A DNA stretch of 37,290 nt from a virus (Duplodnaviria > Caudoviricetes). The notes under the pieces were generated by a model, which worked only from the letters and a program-made list of their open reading frames with translations, did not search any database and was not told where the DNA came from. The stretch's first letter is position 1. Each line of letters starts with the position of its first letter. Below are positions 35,768-37,290 of this stretch, piece by piece. Both the position numbers and the translations under genes were made by a program. The stretch covers positions 1 through 37,290 of IMG/VR virus record IMGVR_UViG_3300008255_004742, one strand, 5' to 3'.

Positions 35768-35783
35768 TGATGCCCGACTTGGA
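35768..35783. repeat. att core overlapping the tRNA-Gln 3' end
   Basis: Identical to 426-441. Confidence 0.92.
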
Positions 35784-35840
35784 CTCGAACCAAGATTGAC
35801 GGCTTCAAAGGCCGCTGTCCTGCCATTAGACGATCGGGCA
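35770..35840 (-). tRNA. tRNA-Gln(TTG), host, no encoded CCA
   Basis: TGCCCGA/TCGGGCA acceptor, GCGGC-CTTTGAA-GCCGT, CTTGG-TTCGAGT-CCAAG. Confidence 0.95.
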
Positions 35841-35898
35841 ATGTTTCACAGGAGACGTATATTCTACCAGATTAAGCCTATTTGAAAAAGATTCGGTT

Positions 35899-36225
35899 TT
35901 ACCAACCATAATAAAGAACAATCATGGAAACAATTAAAGTAATTGTTAACATTGTTCCAATAACTAAAATACAAGTATCTTTCTTATATACCGGTTTGAC
36001 AGCTAAATTTTTTGATGATTCTTTTGAATTTGTTTGTTTATATCTTGTATCATGAAAAACTGAAACAAGCAGAGGAATAAAAAATAGAGGAAAAATAAAA
36101 GCAAGAACATTAATCGGGCCATTATATCCATGCATATTTTTAAATAAAAGTGTCCCAACTAAAAGAAATAAAACAGTAACTATACCAACACCACAATCTT
36201 TAAAAAATTGTATTTTCTTTTTCAT
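35899..36225 (-). CDS. Host three-TM membrane protein
   Basis: Three hydrophobic segments. Confidence 0.6.
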   Translation of the reverse strand: MKKKIQFFKDCGVGIVTVLFLLVGTLLFKNMHGYNGPINVLAFIFPLFFIPLLVSVFHDTRYKQTNSKESSKNLAVKPVYKKDTCILVIGTMLTITLIVSMIVLYYGW

Positions 36226-36288
36226 TACTATAATAATAAAACATATTCAATCAAGAAGAAATAGGAATAATAAAAAAGAATTGCCTTA

Positions 36289-37290
36289 TCAACCTACTAG
36301 TCGGCCAATAAACTTATTTTTTTGCATTATTTTAATGAGAAGATAACTAACTAAATAAATAACAATGCTAATTATAGGAATAAATACATAACTAGGGAAA
36401 TATACTAAGTGTATTCCAGTTCTAAATACCAGCATATGAATAAAATATATTCCAAAACTGGCTATACTTAGATTTTTAATTTGAGACACCACTTCTTTTC
36501 TTTTTATGTATCTCTCTGCTTGACCTTTATAGAAAATAAATGAAGTTACTGAAAGTAATAGCACTGGCCAAGTATGAAAGTGATAATAATCTAAAATCAT
36601 ACTGTTATGTATTAAAGAAAGTCTACTTGTTAATCCAGCAATTATACCCAGGCTAATGATCATTCCAATAAATGATAATAAAAATATTCGTCTAGATATT
36701 TTTAGCTTTGTTAAGAGATACCCTAATACAAAATAAAATGAATACTCAAAATAAAGTGGTAAATGACCTCCACTTATCATAAATAAACCCATCCCAATCA
36801 AAAAGTTATAAGTAAATGCCTTTTTATTTCTTTTGATCAAATAATTAAATAGAGGTGTAACAAAATAAATTATAAGCAGTAAAGGTAGTATCCAAAAACC
36901 TGTCCAAACTGTTCCAACTAGTAATCTTTTAATTGAAGTTGCTTCATTTCCTTGAATATAATTAATCGCTCCATAGATAAGACTCCAAAATCCCCAAGGG
37001 ATCACTAATCGCTTTACTCTTTTAAAATAAAAATCCTTTACAGTCTCTTTCTTACCTAAAAGTAGAGAACCGCTAAGCATAAAAAAAAGGGGAACACACA
37101 TTCTAGAATAAGAATCAATCAAATTAGCACTCCACCAGCTTAACCTAGATTGATTATCCCAGTTAGTCACATATAGAGCAGAAATGTGAAGGACCACCAT
37201 TAAGAAGATAGCAATTACTCTAATTAAATCTGACCATAGCAGTCTTTGCTTTTTTTTCATAACACTTATTATAGCTCTATTTTTAATCAT
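36289..37290 (-). CDS. Host acyltransferase family 3 membrane protein
   Basis: DLIRVIAIFLMVVLH, VPLFFMLSG, KRVKRL..P, SFGIYFIH. Confidence 0.9.
   Translation of the reverse strand: MIKNRAIISVMKKKQRLLWSDLIRVIAIFLMVVLHISALYVTNWDNQSRLSWWSANLIDSYSRMCVPLFFMLSGSLLLGKKETVKDFYFKRVKRLVIPWGFWSLIYGAINYIQGNEATSIKRLLVGTVWTGFWILPLLLIIYFVTPLFNYLIKRNKKAFTYNFLIGMGLFMISGGHLPLYFEYSFYFVLGYLLTKLKISRRIFLLSFIGMIISLGIIAGLTSRLSLIHNSMILDYYHFHTWPVLLLSVTSFIFYKGQAERYIKRKEVVSQIKNLSIASFGIYFIHMLVFRTGIHLVYFPSYVFIPIISIVIYLVSYLLIKIMQKNKFIGRLVG

Larger units (their letters stand above)
426..35783. mobile_element. Complete temperate prophage (podovirus-like) integrated in tRNA-Gln
   Basis: Flanking 16-bp direct repeats matching the tRNA 3' end, integrase next to one end, full replication/packaging/virion/lysis gene set. 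Confidence 0.93.

Noticed and set aside
1-37290. Alternative genetic code (TGA or TAG reassignment)
   Set aside because: Long genes are intact in code 11 and TAA, TAG and TGA all serve as stops at sensible gene ends

Overview
AT-rich window (standard code 11) holding what looks like a complete ~35.3 kb temperate prophage (426-35783). It is bounded by a 16-bp direct repeat (TGATGCCCGACTTGGA at 426-441 and 35768-35783) equal to the 3' end of a host tRNA-Gln(TTG) gene. The host flanks (DUF5674-like gene, acyltransferase-3) and overall style suggest a Patescibacteria/CPR host (inference). The phage is podovirus-like: P22-type portal, N4-gp56-family capsid, adaptor/nozzle, large ejection proteins, no tape measure. 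It has a tyrosine integrase, a replication module, a split terminase and an M23 endolysin. Unusual cargo: (i) next to the integrase, an XRE-HTH/TPR regulator, an HD hydrolase, an unannotated 19-aa peptide and a candidate sRNA, arranged like an RRNPP/arbitrium-type lysis-lysogeny module; (ii) three related hairpin-terminator leader elements in the late region, one right after a tandem YezD/DUF2292-like gene; (iii) a complete groES-groEL operon; (iv) a glycosyltransferase/methyltransferase/epimerase cassette inside the virion gene block; (v) a phage tRNA(CAT) ending 8 nt before the portal start codon. All family calls come from motif recognition by eye, not database searches.
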